Below are positions 1 through 12,435 of a stretch of DNA of 64,000 nt, piece after piece. The notes beneath the pieces are model-generated. The model was not told where the DNA came from and did not search any database. It saw nothing but the letters and a program-made list of their open reading frames with translations. Positions within the stretch are counted from its first letter, which is position 1; every line of letters starts with the position of its first letter. Source of the DNA: Malacoraja senta. Taxonomy: Eukaryota. The stretch lies in the NCBI GenBank assembly GCA_038087875.1, contig CM075993.1, forward strand, positions 6,202,001 to 6,266,000, given 5' to 3'. The position numbers and the translations under genes were made by a program.

Positions 1-528
1 GTAGTTCCTTGTATCTTCATCTCTGGTGTGACGTGACGTGACGTGACGTGACGTGAGTGAGCGGGCAGCGAGCACAGCAAGCAGTTCACGTTATCTCTAG
101 CGCAGATAACTGTAAATAAACCAAACAAAACACGACCAGATGTGCTCCGCCTGATGTTGCATGCCAAACCTCTGGATTTCGTGTCAAGCGAGAGGAGGTC
201 TCGAGAACGGAAGGGAAAGCCAGCTATTTCCCAGCGGTGATTACCATCCCATTGAGCCCTGCGTCATTAGGAGCACGCCATCTTGACGGATGAAGGCTGA
301 TACCATGAGCATCTTCACCGGCGATCCAAAGATATCCATAAAATCAGACCTACAGGTTCACGGTGACTAAACAAGTCTAATACTAATCACAGCCAGATGA
401 AATTCCACAGCATGATTCCCCAACTGCCTGTAAAAGTTTCAGAAAGCCAGTTGATAAAATGAACGTTAGACTTTCAGTAAATCCCATGACCTGGGTCATG
501 AATCATTATCCGGTCATTAAGTACTTTA

Positions 529-729
529 GGGGCCAGTCCCACTTGGGCGTCATTTGCGTGTCATTTACGTGACATCATTTACGCGTCACAACGCACGACG
601 CGTGCTTGGTGCGTAGTGACCTAGGCAGTGACGAGCGGTCGCGCGCGGTGCCCCAGGATTTTGGGATTCACAAAATCTTCGCGCGCCATCTGCGTGACGT
701 GCAAATGACGCCCAAGTGGGACAGGCCTT
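529..729. mobile_element. PIF/Harbinger-type MITE
   Basis: TIRs GGGGCCAGTCCCACTTGGGCG / CGCCCAAGTGGGACAGGCCTT, flanked by TTA/TAA; non-coding CpG-rich interior; short duplicated TIR piece at 731-746. Confidence 0.85.
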
Positions 730-819
730 TAAGTGGGACAGGCCCTTTTCAGATACACGGAGATACATTGGTTGAAACTCAGTTGACCTTCTGTAAGGGG
801 TTCCCATATTAGCATTCTT

Positions 820-1142
820 GGGTGCAACGGTGGTGCAGCGGTAGTGTTGCTACCTTGCAGCGCTTACAGCGCCAGAGACCCGGGTTCGATCCCGACTACG
901 GGTGCTGTCTGTACGGAGTTTGTACCTTCTCCCCGTGACCTGCGTGGGTTTTCTCCGAGATCTTCGGTTTCCTCCCACACTCCAAGGACGTACATGTTTG
1001 TAGGTTAATTGGTTTGCTGTATGTTTAAATTGTCCCTAGTGTGTGTAGGATAGTGTTAGGGTGCGGGGATCGCTGGTCAGCACGTACTCGGTGGGCCGAA
1101 GGGCCTGTTTCCGCGCTGTATCTCTAAACTAAACTAAACTAA
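820..1142 (+). mobile_element. tRNA-derived V-SINE (HE1-like), full length
   Basis: A-box TGGTGCAGCGG, B-box GGTTCGATCCC, V-domain GGAGTTTGTACCTTCTCCCCGTG...TTTCCTCCCAC, CR1-like tail GGGCCGAAGGGCCTG and (TAAAC)n. Confidence 0.9.
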
Positions 1143-1706
1143 GGCCCGCTCTTGTATTTGCTCAACTTCATTATCTTTGTAAGTGCGCTTGTTTCAGTGA
1201 CAGTGTGTGAATTGTGAAGGTTAATAAGAGTATGGGGCCCAAGATGGCTGGGAGGTCTTTGTACTTGCAGAAGGTATAACTGCACAGGGCTGGTGTGGGA
1301 TTTCAAAGCTAATGGGCAGTGACGGTTTGTTCCACTCTATAAAGTCTTTATTTGACACTGATGAAGTCCATTCTCCAAGTACAAAACATTGCCTGGTGGG
1401 AACAAATATTAGGCTCTGGACATTGGTGGGAACATTGGGGGGACAGTGGGGGGACATTGGAGGGAAGAGTATGGTGGGGGCACCCGTCAAACAGCGATAA
1501 CTCTCTCGACCTGAAACGTCACCCATTCCCCTTCTCCAGACATGCTATCTGACTCGCTGAGTTACTCCAGCTTTTTTTTCCCCTATCTTAGAGATAAGGC
1601 AGGGACAGATAGATTCTTGATTAGTGCGGGTGTCAGGGGTTATGGGGAGGAGGCAGGAGAATGGGTTTAGGAGGGAGAGATTGATCAGTCATGATTGAAT
1701 CTCTCG

Positions 1707-2519
1707 TGTGAGGTTATCCACTTTGGTGGCAAAAACGGGAAAGCAGACTATTATCTAAATGGTGGCCGATTAGGAAATGGGGAGATGCAGCGAGACCTGG
1801 GTGTCATGGTACACCAGTCATTGAAAGTAGGCATGCAGGTGCAGCAGGCAGTGAAGAAAGCGAATGGTATGTTAGCTTTCATAGCAAAAGGATTTGAGTA
1901 TAGGAGCAGGGAGGTTCTACTGCAGTTGTACAGGGCCTTGGTGAGACCACACCTGGAGTATTGCGTACAGTTTTGGTCTCCAAATCTGAGGAAGGACATT
2001 ATAGCCATAGAGGGAGTGCAGAGAAGGTTCCCCAGACTGATTCCTGGGATGTCAGGACTTTCATATGAAGAAAGACTGGATAGACTCGGCTTATACTCGC
2101 TAGAATTTAGGAGATCGAGAGGGGATCTTATGGAAACGTACAAAATTCTTATGGGGTTGGACAGGCTAGATGCAGGAAGATTGTTCCCGATGTTGGGGAA
2201 GTCCAGGACAAGGGGTCACAGCTTAACGATAAGGGGGAAATCCTTTAAGACCGAGCTGAGGAAAAAACGTTTTCACACAGAGAGTGGTGAATCTCTGGAA
2301 CTCTCTGCCACAGAGGGTAGTTGAGGCCAGTTCATTGGCTATATTTAAGAGGGAGTTAGATGTGGCCCTTGTGGCTAAAGGGATCAGGGGGTATGGAGAG
2401 AAGGCAGGTACGGGATACTGAGTTGGATGATCAGCCATGATCATATTGAATGGCGGTGCAGGCTCGAAGGTCCGAATGGCCTACTCCTGCACCTATTTTC
2501 TATGTATCTATGTATCTAT
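1707..2519 (+). mobile_element. CR1-clade LINE, 5'-truncated (ORF2 C-terminus and 3' UTR)
   Basis: ORF 1695-2324 reads RDLGV..LYRALVRPHLEYCVQFWSP..RTRGHSL; CTATGTAT-type tail; splits an older CR1 3' end (1590-1700 / 2517-2550). Confidence 0.93.
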
Positions 2520-2683
2520 GAATGGCGGAGTAGACGATGGGCCGAAGGGGGCCACATGAATGGCAGTGGGGCTTGGGTTAAGGATATTTTGCAAACGCTA
2601 CTGAATATGATGCTAATGAATGAATAAATGGTGAGAATGTTGTAAGAATTTTTGCACTGTTGTTGACCTGACATTTCAGACAT

Positions 2684-2974
2684 TAGAGATACAGCGCGGA
2701 AAGAGGCCCTTCAGCCCACCGAGTCCATGCCGACCAGCGATCCCCGCACACCAACACTACCCTACACACACTGGGGACAATTTACATTTATACCAAGCCA
2801 ATTAACCCACAAACCTGCACGACTTTTGAGTGCGGGAGGAAACCGAAGCTCTCGGAGAAAACCCACGCAGGTCACGGGGAGAACGTGCAAACTCCGTACA
2901 GACAGCACCTGTAGTCGGGATCGAACCCGGGTCTCTGGCGCTGTGAGGCAGCAACTCTACCGCTGCGCCACTGT
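2684..2974 (-). mobile_element. V-SINE (HE1-like)
   Basis: Reverse complement of the 820-1142 consensus, head to tail. Confidence 0.9.
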
Positions 2975-3949
2975 TTTGTATATGTTTTATATTCACTAGA
3001 AGAGTTTCTTTTTGGGACCAAAACAAATTTAGGCTGTGGAGTTTCCCAGTAGAGATACGCTCATGCGACTGCAGCCATCACGTGCAGGCAGATGCGATTA
3101 GTTTATCTCGGTGATGCAAGGAACTGCAGATGCTGGTTTACAAAAACAACATCAAATATGGAAGTAACTCAACAGGTCAGGCAGCATCACGGGAATACAA
3201 CGGTAGCCGACATTTTGGGTCGGGTCCTTTCTTCGAACTGACTTATTAGGTGCAGAAAGCTGGAAAAGGGGTGGGGTGCGTGACAAAAGAAAAAGTCACA
3301 AAGTGCTGGAGAAACTCAGTGGGTCAGGCAGCATCTCTGAAGAACTTGGACAGGTGACGTTTCGAGTCAGGCCCCTTCTTCAGACAGATTGTGGATATTT
3401 TTGATGGATTGACAGATTCTTGATCAGTACAGCTTTTATGATTTATGGGGAAAAGGCAGGAGAATGGGATTGAGTGGAAAGATAGATTTCCTAGTAGACC
3501 TGAAGGGCCGAATGGCCTAAATATGCTCCTATAACTTATGAACCTGAACGTATGGATGGGGGTGGGGGGGGGTGGGGGGGGTGTTTTGGGGGTGGGGAGG
3601 GGGTGGGGGGAGGAGGAAAGCTGGAAGAGAGGAGGGACAGAACGAATTCTAGTCAGTGATAGGTGGATACAGGTGATGGGGGGAGTTGGTCGGCGTGTGG
3701 GAGAAAACCCACGCGGTCACAGGGAGAACGTGCAAACTCCACACAGACAGCAGCAGAGGTCAGGATCGAACCTGGATCTCCGGCACTCTACCAGATGCCC
3801 CCCCCCCCCCCCCAAAGAATAGTGCTACCGTCAGAAGCCGCCGGACCTGCTGAGTTACTCCAGCACTTTGTGTCCTGGTTTGCGTCTGGTCTCGGCCGAG
3901 GGCCCTCCATTGGGAGAGAAGACTTTTGTGGCTGGGGTCGAAAAGTTGA

Positions 3950-4145
3950 TGTGTAGGAAGGAACTGCAGATGCTGGTTTAAAATGGAAGATAGACACAAA
4001 AAGCTGGAGTAACTCAGCGGGACAGGCAGCATCTCTGGAGAGAAGGAATGGATGACGTTTCGGGTCGAGTCTCGACCTGAAACGTCACCCGTTCCTTCTC
4101 TCCAGAGATGCTGCCTGTCCGGCTGAGTTACTCCAGCTTTTTGTC
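3950..4145. mobile_element. Penelope-like element family A, inverted pair of 3' ends
   Basis: Minus arm and plus arm of the pLTR sequence meet within hammerhead helix II (GTTTCGGGTCGA|GTCTCGACCTGAAACGTC). Confidence 0.8.
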
Positions 4146-4207
4146 TCCTTCGTCATAGACATGATGATGCTTTTATCTCATCCATCCAGGGCGACTGCCA
4201 AAATCAA

Positions 4208-4742
4208 GTTGAGTTTCGCTTTAGTTTAGAGATACGGCGCAGAAACAGGCCCTTCGGCCCGCCCGTGCGATCCTCGCACACTGATACTATCCGACACACA
4301 CTGGGGACAATTCCCAATTTGACACAAGCTGATTAGCCTGCAAACCTGGACGACTTCGGAGTGTGGGAGGAAACCGGAGCTCCCGGAGAAAACCCACGCG
4401 GTCACAGGGAGAAGGTACAAACCTACTACAGAACAGCTCCCGCAGTCAGCATCGAACCCGGGTCTCTGGCGCTATATAGGGCCTGTCCCACTTGGGCCTC
4501 ATTGTGAATCCCAAAATCCTGGGGCTCCGCGCGCGACCGCTCGTCACTTGCCTACGTCACCACGCACCATGCGCGCGTAATGCACGCCATGCACGCGTAA
4601 CTCCCGCCATGCGTGCATCACGTGTGCATCACGACGTGTGTGTCGTGCGTCGTGACGCGTAAACGATGTCGCGTAAATGACGTGTAAATGACTCCCAAGT
4701 GGGACAGGCCCTCAAGGCAGCAACTCTACCGCTGCACCACCG
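4208..4742 (-). mobile_element. V-SINE interrupted by a Harbinger MITE (4478-4712)
   Basis: SINE head continues on both sides of the AGGGCCTGTCCCACTTGGG...CCCAAGTGGGACAGGCCCT TIRs. Confidence 0.85.
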
Positions 4743-5378
4743 TTGATCCCCAACCTGAAGTGATTATTATTAGGGTGAATTGTTAATCGGATTTATTGTT
4801 GAAAATTGGATTAATCCTCGGCATTAGCTTTGTAATTGTGTGCATTCTTTGCAGATTCATATTATTTCCCCTTGGGAGCTTTCAGAATCTTGTTTAACCA
4901 AATGATGAATTTCATTTAATGATAGAGTACTGCCTTTGTTTCACAGTTGAAAGACTTTAATCTCTGTAATACCAACTAATAGTTGAGGCTGCACTGGTGA
5001 TTATAATCTTCATAGAATTTGGAGTCTAATATTCAGACGTCACCATTGTAGGAAATCTTGCTAAGATGTTGAAATTCTGCCAGGTTAAATCATCTTTCTA
5101 AGTAGTAGTTTGGAGGTTATGTTCTGCTTGCTGGAGTAACACTATCAATTGAGCTCAAATTCAGAAGAGACTGGATGGTCTTTCCAAAGATGAGTTGATC
5201 CCAAGGTTGTCTCCATAGATTTCATATCAAGGCCAAGACATACTGATGGTTAGTTTAGTAAGTTTAGTTTAGTTAAGTTTAGTTTAGTTTAGAGAAACTG
5301 CGGGGAAACAGGCCCTTCGGCCCACCGAGTCCGTGCCGACCAGCGATCCCCGCACACTAACACACACTAGGGTCCTTT

Positions 5379-5700
5379 TGTTGGGGGAGTCCAGAACCAG
5401 GGGCCACAGTTTAAGAATAAGGAGTAAGCCGTTTAGAACGGAGACGAGGAAACACTTTTTCACACACGAGAGTCGGTGAGTCTGTGGAATTCTCTGCCTC
5501 AGAGGGCGGTGGAGGCCGGTTCTCTGGATACTTTCAAGAGAGAGCTAGAGAGGGCTCTTGAAGATAGCGGAGTCAGGGGATATGGGGAGAAGGCAGGAAC
5601 GGGGTGCTGATTGTGGATGGTCAGCCATGATCACATTGAAAGGCGGTGCTGGCTTGAAGGGCCGAATGGCCTACTCCTGCACCCTATTGTCTATTGTCTA
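5379..5700 (+). mobile_element. CR1 3' fragment inserted into a minus-strand V-SINE (5249-5883)
   Basis: ESRTRGHSLRIR..VSLWNSLP remnant and CTATTGT tail; SINE tail on the left, SINE head on the right. Confidence 0.85.
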
Positions 5701-6019
5701 TTTTTACATCGACTCCAAGCCAATTAACCTTCAACACTGTACATCGTTGGAGTGTGGGAGAAAACCGAAGGTCTCGGAGCAAACCCACGCAGGTCACAGA
5801 GAGGACGTACAGACTCCGTACAGACAGCACCCGCAGTCTGGATCGAACCCGGGTCTGCGGCACCGCTGCGCCACCATGCTGCCCTCTACGCCATCGTGCC
5901 GAGTTGTACTACCATTTGGTATCGGTCTATTATTGCCACGTGTACAGTGAGAAGCTTTTTGTTCGTGTGCTGTCCCATTACATCAGATCATACCATTCAA
6001 CACAACAATGAAACCGTAC

Positions 6020-6187
6020 ATGGTAGACAAAAGTGCTGGAGGAACTCAGCGGGTGAGGCAGCATCTATGGAGCGAAGGAAATAGGCAACGTTTCTGAAGA
6101 AGGGTCTCGACCCAAAACGTTACCTATTTCCTTCGCTCCATAGATGCTGCCTCACCCGCTGAGTTCCTCCAGCATTTTTGTCTACCA
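6020..6187. mobile_element. Penelope-like element family B, inverted pair
   Basis: Two opposite arms joined at AACGTT|TCTGAAGAAGGG (hammerhead motif). Confidence 0.8.
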
Positions 6188-6439
6188 TGTAATCCTGTAT
6201 TGCCTTTCCGCTGACTGGTTAGCACGCAGCGAAAGCTTTTCACTGTACCACGGTACTCGTGACAAGAAACTAAGCTGAAACTGAAATGGAAGCAAACCTA
6301 TCCGTGTTCGCCAGGGATGTGGCCCGCCCTGCTGAGTTACTCCAGCGCTCTGTTCAACCCAGTGCCTTCTCCAAAGAATCTTTGCATCGTCTCAAAAAGA
6401 ATTTCTCAAGACTTTCGATAATGTGTGTATTGTTTACGC

Positions 6440-6669
6440 ATGCGCACACACTCACACACACGTGCACAAGTGCACACATGCATGGGCACACACACATGTA
6501 CACTCACTGCACCACACACACACGCACTCACCACACACACACTCACACACACACTCACACTCACACACACACTCACACACACTCACACTCACAAACACAC
6601 TCACTCTCACTCACACTCACACACTCACACTCACACACACACACACACTCACACACACACACACACACA

Positions 6670-6706
<37 letters not shown>

Positions 6707-6747
6707 ACACACACACACACACACTCACACACACACACACACACACA

Positions 6748-6789
<42 letters not shown>

Positions 6790-7014
6790 CACACACACAC
6801 TCACACTCACACACACACACACACCACACACACACACTCACACACACACACACACACACGCACACTCACACTCACACACACACTCACACTCACACTCACA
6901 CACACACACACACACACACTCACACACACACACACACACACACTCACACTCACACTCACACTCACACACACACACACACACTCACACACACACACACACA
7001 CACACTCACACACA

Positions 7015-7052
<38 letters not shown>

Positions 7053-7086
7053 CACACTCACACTCACACACACACACACACACACA

Positions 7087-7128
<42 letters not shown>

Positions 7129-7172
7129 CACACTCACACTCACACACACACACACTCACACACACACACACA
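6440..7172. repeat. (CA)n / (CACACT)n microsatellite
   Basis: Read directly; explains the His/Thr-rich ORFs. Confidence 0.98.
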
Positions 7173-7199
7173 CCGATACTACAGATAGAATGGCATATA

Positions 7200-7500
7200 T
7201 TTTAGTTTTAGAGATACAGCATGGAACAAGGCCCTTCGGCCCGCTATGTCCATGCCGACTAGTGATCACCTGTACACTATCCTTCTCTCCTTCACACTAG
7301 AGACAATTCACAGGAGCCAACTAATCTACAAATCAAAGTCTTTGGAATGTGAGAGGAAACTGGAGAACCCGGAGCAATCCCATGTGGTTTCAGACACACA
7401 AGGGGGAACGTACAAACTCCGTACAGACAGCACCCGTAGTCAGGATCGAACCCGTGTCTCTGCGCTGCGAGGCAGCAACTCTACCGCTGCGCCACCGTGC
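7200..7500 (-). mobile_element. V-SINE (HE1-like)
   Basis: Tail, V-domain and head match the reverse complement of the consensus. Confidence 0.85.
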
Positions 7501-7713
7501 TGACCCGTCACTTCACAAGACATGCAGGCAGGAACTGCAGATGCTGGTCGACACTGAAGATAGACACAAAAATGCCGGAGTAACTCAGCGCGGGTCAGGC
7601 AGCATCTCTGGAGAGAAGGAATGGGTGACGTTTCGGGTCCAGACCCTTCCCCAGACTTCAGAAAACATGGAAGATGATGACAATGATGTGACTGTGAATT
7701 AGCACATGGAGAC

Positions 7714-8122
7714 CAAAGATCCTATAGCGGAGCAAGATAGACCACTCCTGTTAAATACAATGGGCTGACGTGTGGTACGCAACGGAGCGGAACGTGGACT
7801 TTTTTTCATCCATTTCAGTAACCCGACCCGACCCAACTCGCAGTGTAATCAACGTTGCGGGGGAACAGTTTGTGTTAATAAATTAAAATTCTGAAAACGA
7901 GGAGAAGATTTTTACCAAAGAACTTTTATATTTTTACGAGGATGTTTCCGTAACCGGATTCCGTCTTCGCACTGGTTATCTTTGCTCCGCTATGACGGGA
8001 TCTTTGGTGCGGAGACGGAAGCCGGTTACGGAAATGGGGGCGAAAATTACCCATGAATCTGCCCATGACCATACTACGTCTTTTTCGTCGAGTGGACTAT
8101 CTTGCTCGCTATAGGATCTTTG
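7714..8122. mobile_element. hAT-type MITE
   Basis: TIR CAAAGATCCTATAGCG(G)AGCAAGATAG; 8-bp TSD ATGGAGAC/GTGGAGAC; second copy at 56365-56753. Confidence 0.9.
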
Positions 8123-8318
8123 GTGGAGACCAAAGCTATTGATGAACAAACACCTTTATTCAACACAAGCAAAACATTCTGGAGGACACCTGCTGGAGAA
8201 CTCTCTCCGGGGGGAAAACTCACTGGATTCTCTCTGAACAAAATAACATTCAGTTTTTATTTTCTTGAACAGCAGGTGATTGAATAGAATTTCAATGGAT
8301 GGCTATTGCATAGCCTCA

Positions 8319-8518
8319 NNNNNNNNNNNNNNNNNNNNNNNNNNNNNNNNNNNNNNNNNNNNNNNNNNNNNNNNNNNNNNNNNNNNNNNNNNNNNNNNNN
8401 NNNNNNNNNNNNNNNNNNNNNNNNNNNNNNNNNNNNNNNNNNNNNNNNNNNNNNNNNNNNNNNNNNNNNNNNNNNNNNNNNNNNNNNNNNNNNNNNNNNN
8501 NNNNNNNNNNNNNNNNNN
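8319..8518. other. Assembly gap (200 N)
   Basis: Run of N. Confidence 1.
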
Positions 8519-10044
8519 ATCTGATATTTTGTTGTTTCACATGCTTGATCAATGGTGTTTTATCATTAATGTTTTATTATAATTAATGTTTAGTGTTTTC
8601 TGAGTCATTCGTAACTGTCACTGTATGTCATGTTGTTACTTGTGGGCGGAGCACCAAGGCAAATTCCTTGTATGTGAATACTTGGCCAATAAACTTACTT
8701 ACTTACTTCCTTACACCACGCCAATTAACCTACAAACCTGTATGTCTTTGGAGTGTGGGAGGAAACCGGAGCTCCCGGAGAAAACCTATACGGGTCACGG
8801 GGAGAACAAGCAAACTCCGTACAGACAGCACCCGCAGCCGGGATCGAACCCGGGCCTCTGGCGCTGTGAGCGCTGCAAGTCAGCAACTCTACCGCTGCGC
8901 CACCATGCCGCCCTTTCAGAGTTTAATTTAATGGTACTTAAATTCCTCACCATTGGTCTGGGCATCTGGAAAATGAGCTAACCGAACCACCAGTTATCTT
9001 ATCACTTATGTCCCAAAGTGGTTGGAACTATTAATATAGAGTTGATATGATCCAGTCACTCAACTGCCATTTTTGGAAAATGTCTTTGAAAATACTAAGA
9101 TTATATCAGGGACGCATTAAAACTGCCAGGAATTAAGTCATGATTGGCTGTGTGTACAGCGAGATGATTCATTCTAAACCATGCAAACCTTTGAGAACAC
9201 CAATAAATGCCCCATATAAAGGCACGGGCTATTCTGGGATTTCGCTCCTTTCCTTCCAGTGACAGCTCGTGCAATCAGGACCAAGACTTCAAAAATAATC
9301 ATTCAGTGCAGTTGTTCAAGAAGGAACTGCAGATGCTGGAGAAATCGAAGGTAGACAAAAATGCTGGAGGAACTCAGCGGGTGAGGCAGCGTCTGTGGAG
9401 CGAGGGAAATAGGTGACGTTTTGGGTCGAGACCCTTCTCCAGACTACAGTGCAGTTGGCTGCTTTTGTTCGAGTTGGTGAATATTCTCGTTGAACTACAG
9501 TGAACGGGTTATGGATGCGGTGGGCCGAAGGGCCTGTTTCCATGCTGTATCTCTAACCTAAAGCTCTTTTAAAAGTATCTGCTTCAACTACCTCCTCTGG
9601 CTGCTCAGTCCATTTACCCATCACCCTCTGCATGAACAAGTTGCCCCTCAGGTCTCTCTTCAATACTTCCCTTCTCACCTTAAACCAATGTCCTCTGGTT
9701 CTCGATTCCCCGACTCTGGAATAAAATACTGTGCAGTCACCCTGTCTGCTCCCCTCATGATCTTATAATCAGACGTTGCTGGATTTTATCTTGCGCTAAA
9801 TGGTATATTGAGCGCAATCACGTACGGTCTTACCGCCGACTGGATAGCATTTCAAAGCTTTTCACTGTACCTCAATTGCAGAGTTGTGGACGCAGCCCAG
9901 ACCATCACACAAGCCAACCTCCCCCTACCATTGACTCCATTCACACCTCGCGCTGCCTCAGCAAGGCCAGCAGTAAAATGGAGGACGAGTTGCACCCTGG
10001 TCACTCTTCTCCCCTCTCCCATCAGGCAAGAGGGGAGAAGAGTC

Positions 10045-10681
10045 TGAACTGGACTTTGAACACTGCCGCAACAGTGAAAAAAGCCCAGCAGAGACTGTAC
10101 TTCATCAGGCTGCTCAGAAAAGCTGGTCTGCACTGTCGCCCTCTCACCCAGGTCTACAAAAGGACTGATAGAGAGCATCCTCACCACAGGCATCACGGTG
10201 TGGTATGGAAACACCACACAGACAGAGAGGAAGGCTCTGCAAAGAGTCATAAAGACTGCAGAGAGGATTATCAGAACGGAACCTCCCTCCATGGAAACAA
10301 TCTACACACAGCGCTGTCAAAAAAGAGCAGAGAGAATCATCAGAGACACACTACATCCAGCTCACTCCCTGCTCAAACACAAAAACTGCACATACAACCT
10401 CAGGCACAGACGAGCGGACAGCATCGTCACAAACAGAACACGCTTTTTCAAGAGTTTCTTCCCTGCCACAGTGAGACTCTTGGCCAAAACAAAATGAACT
10501 GATGCCCTGACCCACCTCATAACATATCATAGTATATGTGTTTATAGTTTATAGATTATGTGTTTTTCTGTGTGTCTTTTTAACTCGACTTGACTTGACT
10601 CTCTGAACAACCGCACACGAGTTCCTATGTGTGTAAGCACAAATGGCAAATAAAGTTTTTGATTTGATTTGATTTGATTTG
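10045..10681 (+). mobile_element. Rex1/Babar-type LINE, 5'-truncated, nested in an older related element (9880-10900)
   Basis: W..NT..VKKAQQRLYFIRLLRK and WYGN..RKALQRVIKTAERII..SFFPATVRLL in two frames; AATAAA and (TTTGA)n tail. Confidence 0.8.
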
Positions 10682-11361
10682 AAGAGGTACAGAAGTGTGA
10701 AAAAGCACACCTCCAGATTCAGGACAGTTTCTTCCCAGCTGTTATCAGGCAACTGAACCATCCTATCACCAAATGGAGAGCAGTTGTGCACTACCATCTA
10801 CCTCATTGGAGACCCTCAGACTATCTTTGATTGGACTTATCTTGCTCTAAACTTTATTCACTTTTTCCCCTTTATCTTTTATCTGTACACTGTGGACGGC
10901 TCGATTGTATGGGATAGGTGATGTTTTGGTCTGAAGAAGGGTCTCGACACGAAACGTCGCCCATTCCTTCTCTCCAGAGATGCTGCCTGTCCTGCTGAGT
11001 TACTCCAGCTTTTTGTGTCTATCTTCAGTTTAAACCAGCATCTGCAGTTCCTTCCTGCATTGTATACCATATCATTGATCGGACTTTGCTGGCTTTACCT
11101 TGCACTGAATGGTATTCCATTATCATGTATCCATATGCTGTAAAGGGATTGATTGCAATCCTGTATTGTCTTTCCGCTGACTGGTTAGCAGGCAACAAAA
11201 GCTTTTCACTGTACCTTGGTACACGTGACAATAGGCTACACTAAACTAACATTAGACTGCATTGCTTGCAGTTGTGATATTTGATAAAGCTACATTGCTT
11301 TGTGAGGGAGCCAAGTTTCGACAAAGTGTGGGTTTGTGAATGAGGTATTGTGTGTTGCAGT

Positions 11362-11700
11362 AGATAGACGCAAAAAGCTGGAGCATCTCAGCGGGACAGG
11401 CAGCATCTCTGGAGAGAAGGAACGGGTGACGTTTCGGGTCGAGATCCTTCTTCTGTCTGAGACCCTTCTCGACACGGAATGTCACCCATTCCTTCTCTCC
11501 TGAGATGCTGCCTGTCCCGCTGAGATTCTCCAGCTTTTTGTGCCTATCTCCGGTTTAAACCGGCATCTGCCGTTCCTTTGTGTCTGAAGAAGGGTCTCGA
11601 CCCGAAACGTCACCCATTCCTTCTCTCCAGAGATGCTGCCTGTCCCGCTGAGTTACTCCAGCTTTTTGTGCCTCTCTGCTGTTCCTCCTTGCACATAAAA
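11362..11700. mobile_element. Cluster of PLE family A ends (inverted pair plus tandem copy)
   Basis: Minus arm 11362-11455, plus arms from ~11467 and 11582. Confidence 0.8.
11582..11613 (+). ncRNA. Minimal type I hammerhead ribozyme motif (PLE family A, representative copy)
   Basis: GT-CTGAAGA-A-GGGT(CTCG)ACCC-GAAA-CGTC-AC: catalytic core, helix II, palindromic ACGT in place of helix III, GUC triplet. Confidence 0.75.
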
Positions 11701-12099
11701 GTTGAAGTACGCCAGCAGCTCGTGGCTTTGTGCTCTTGGAAGTGTAACCAGTCAGGTAACTCATACACCATGTTGGCACCCTTACAAGTTTTGGGATTGA
11801 CATTTGAGAGTTCAATAGCTGAGTGTTGTAATAGTTACAGTAGCATGTTGTTGCCATGGCTGCAGAAATCCTACACATCGCAGTGATCAAATGAGAAGTG
11901 TTCAATAGTCCTGCAATGAAAGAATCTTGCTGAGCTTTTAAGAGACGAGAGACTGTAGATGTTGTAAAGAGACACAATGCTGGAGTAACTCAGCGGGACA
12001 GGCAGCATCTCTGGGTAGAAGGAGTGGATGATGTTTCGGCTCGAGACCCTTCTTCAGCTGGGACCCTGAGCACAGAACAAGGTGCTGGAGGAACAACTT

Positions 12100-12378
12100 C
12101 AGAGTCCTCGGTTCGATCCTGACATCGGGTGGTGCCTGTGTGTGGAGTTTGCACGTTCTCCCTGTGACCACGTGGGTTTCCTCCGGGTGCTCCGGCTCCC
12201 TTCCCACATTCCAAAGACGTGCGGGTTTGTGGGTTTATCGGCCCTCTGTAAATTGTGTACGGAATGGATGAGAGAGTGGGATGACATCGAACTAGTGTGA
12301 GCGGGTGATCGATGGTCGGCGCGGACTCGATGGGCCGAAGGGCCAAAGATGCCGTATCTTAAAACTAAAAATAAAACT
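12100..12378 (+). mobile_element. V-SINE, 5'-truncated
   Basis: B-box, V-domain and tail present. Confidence 0.8.
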
Positions 12379-12435
12379 CAACAGGCCAGACAGCATCTGT
12401 GGAGGGAACTGGACAGTAGCCATTTTGAATCATGA

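Noticed and set aside
28..56. (GTGAC)5 tandem that creates repeated TGACGT CRE-like motifs
   Set aside because: A short microsatellite with no supporting promoter context; could arise by slippage
232..349. Possible minus-strand terminal exon (SDFMDIFGSPVKMLMVSAF..)
   Set aside because: No recognisable homology and a weak polypyrimidine tract
820..900. tRNA genes at SINE heads
   Set aside because: The A/B boxes belong to tRNA-derived SINEs that continue into the V-domain; no full cloverleaf or terminator
6286..7300. 260-300 aa His/Thr-rich ORFs
   Set aside because: Translation of the (CA)n microsatellite, open in all frames
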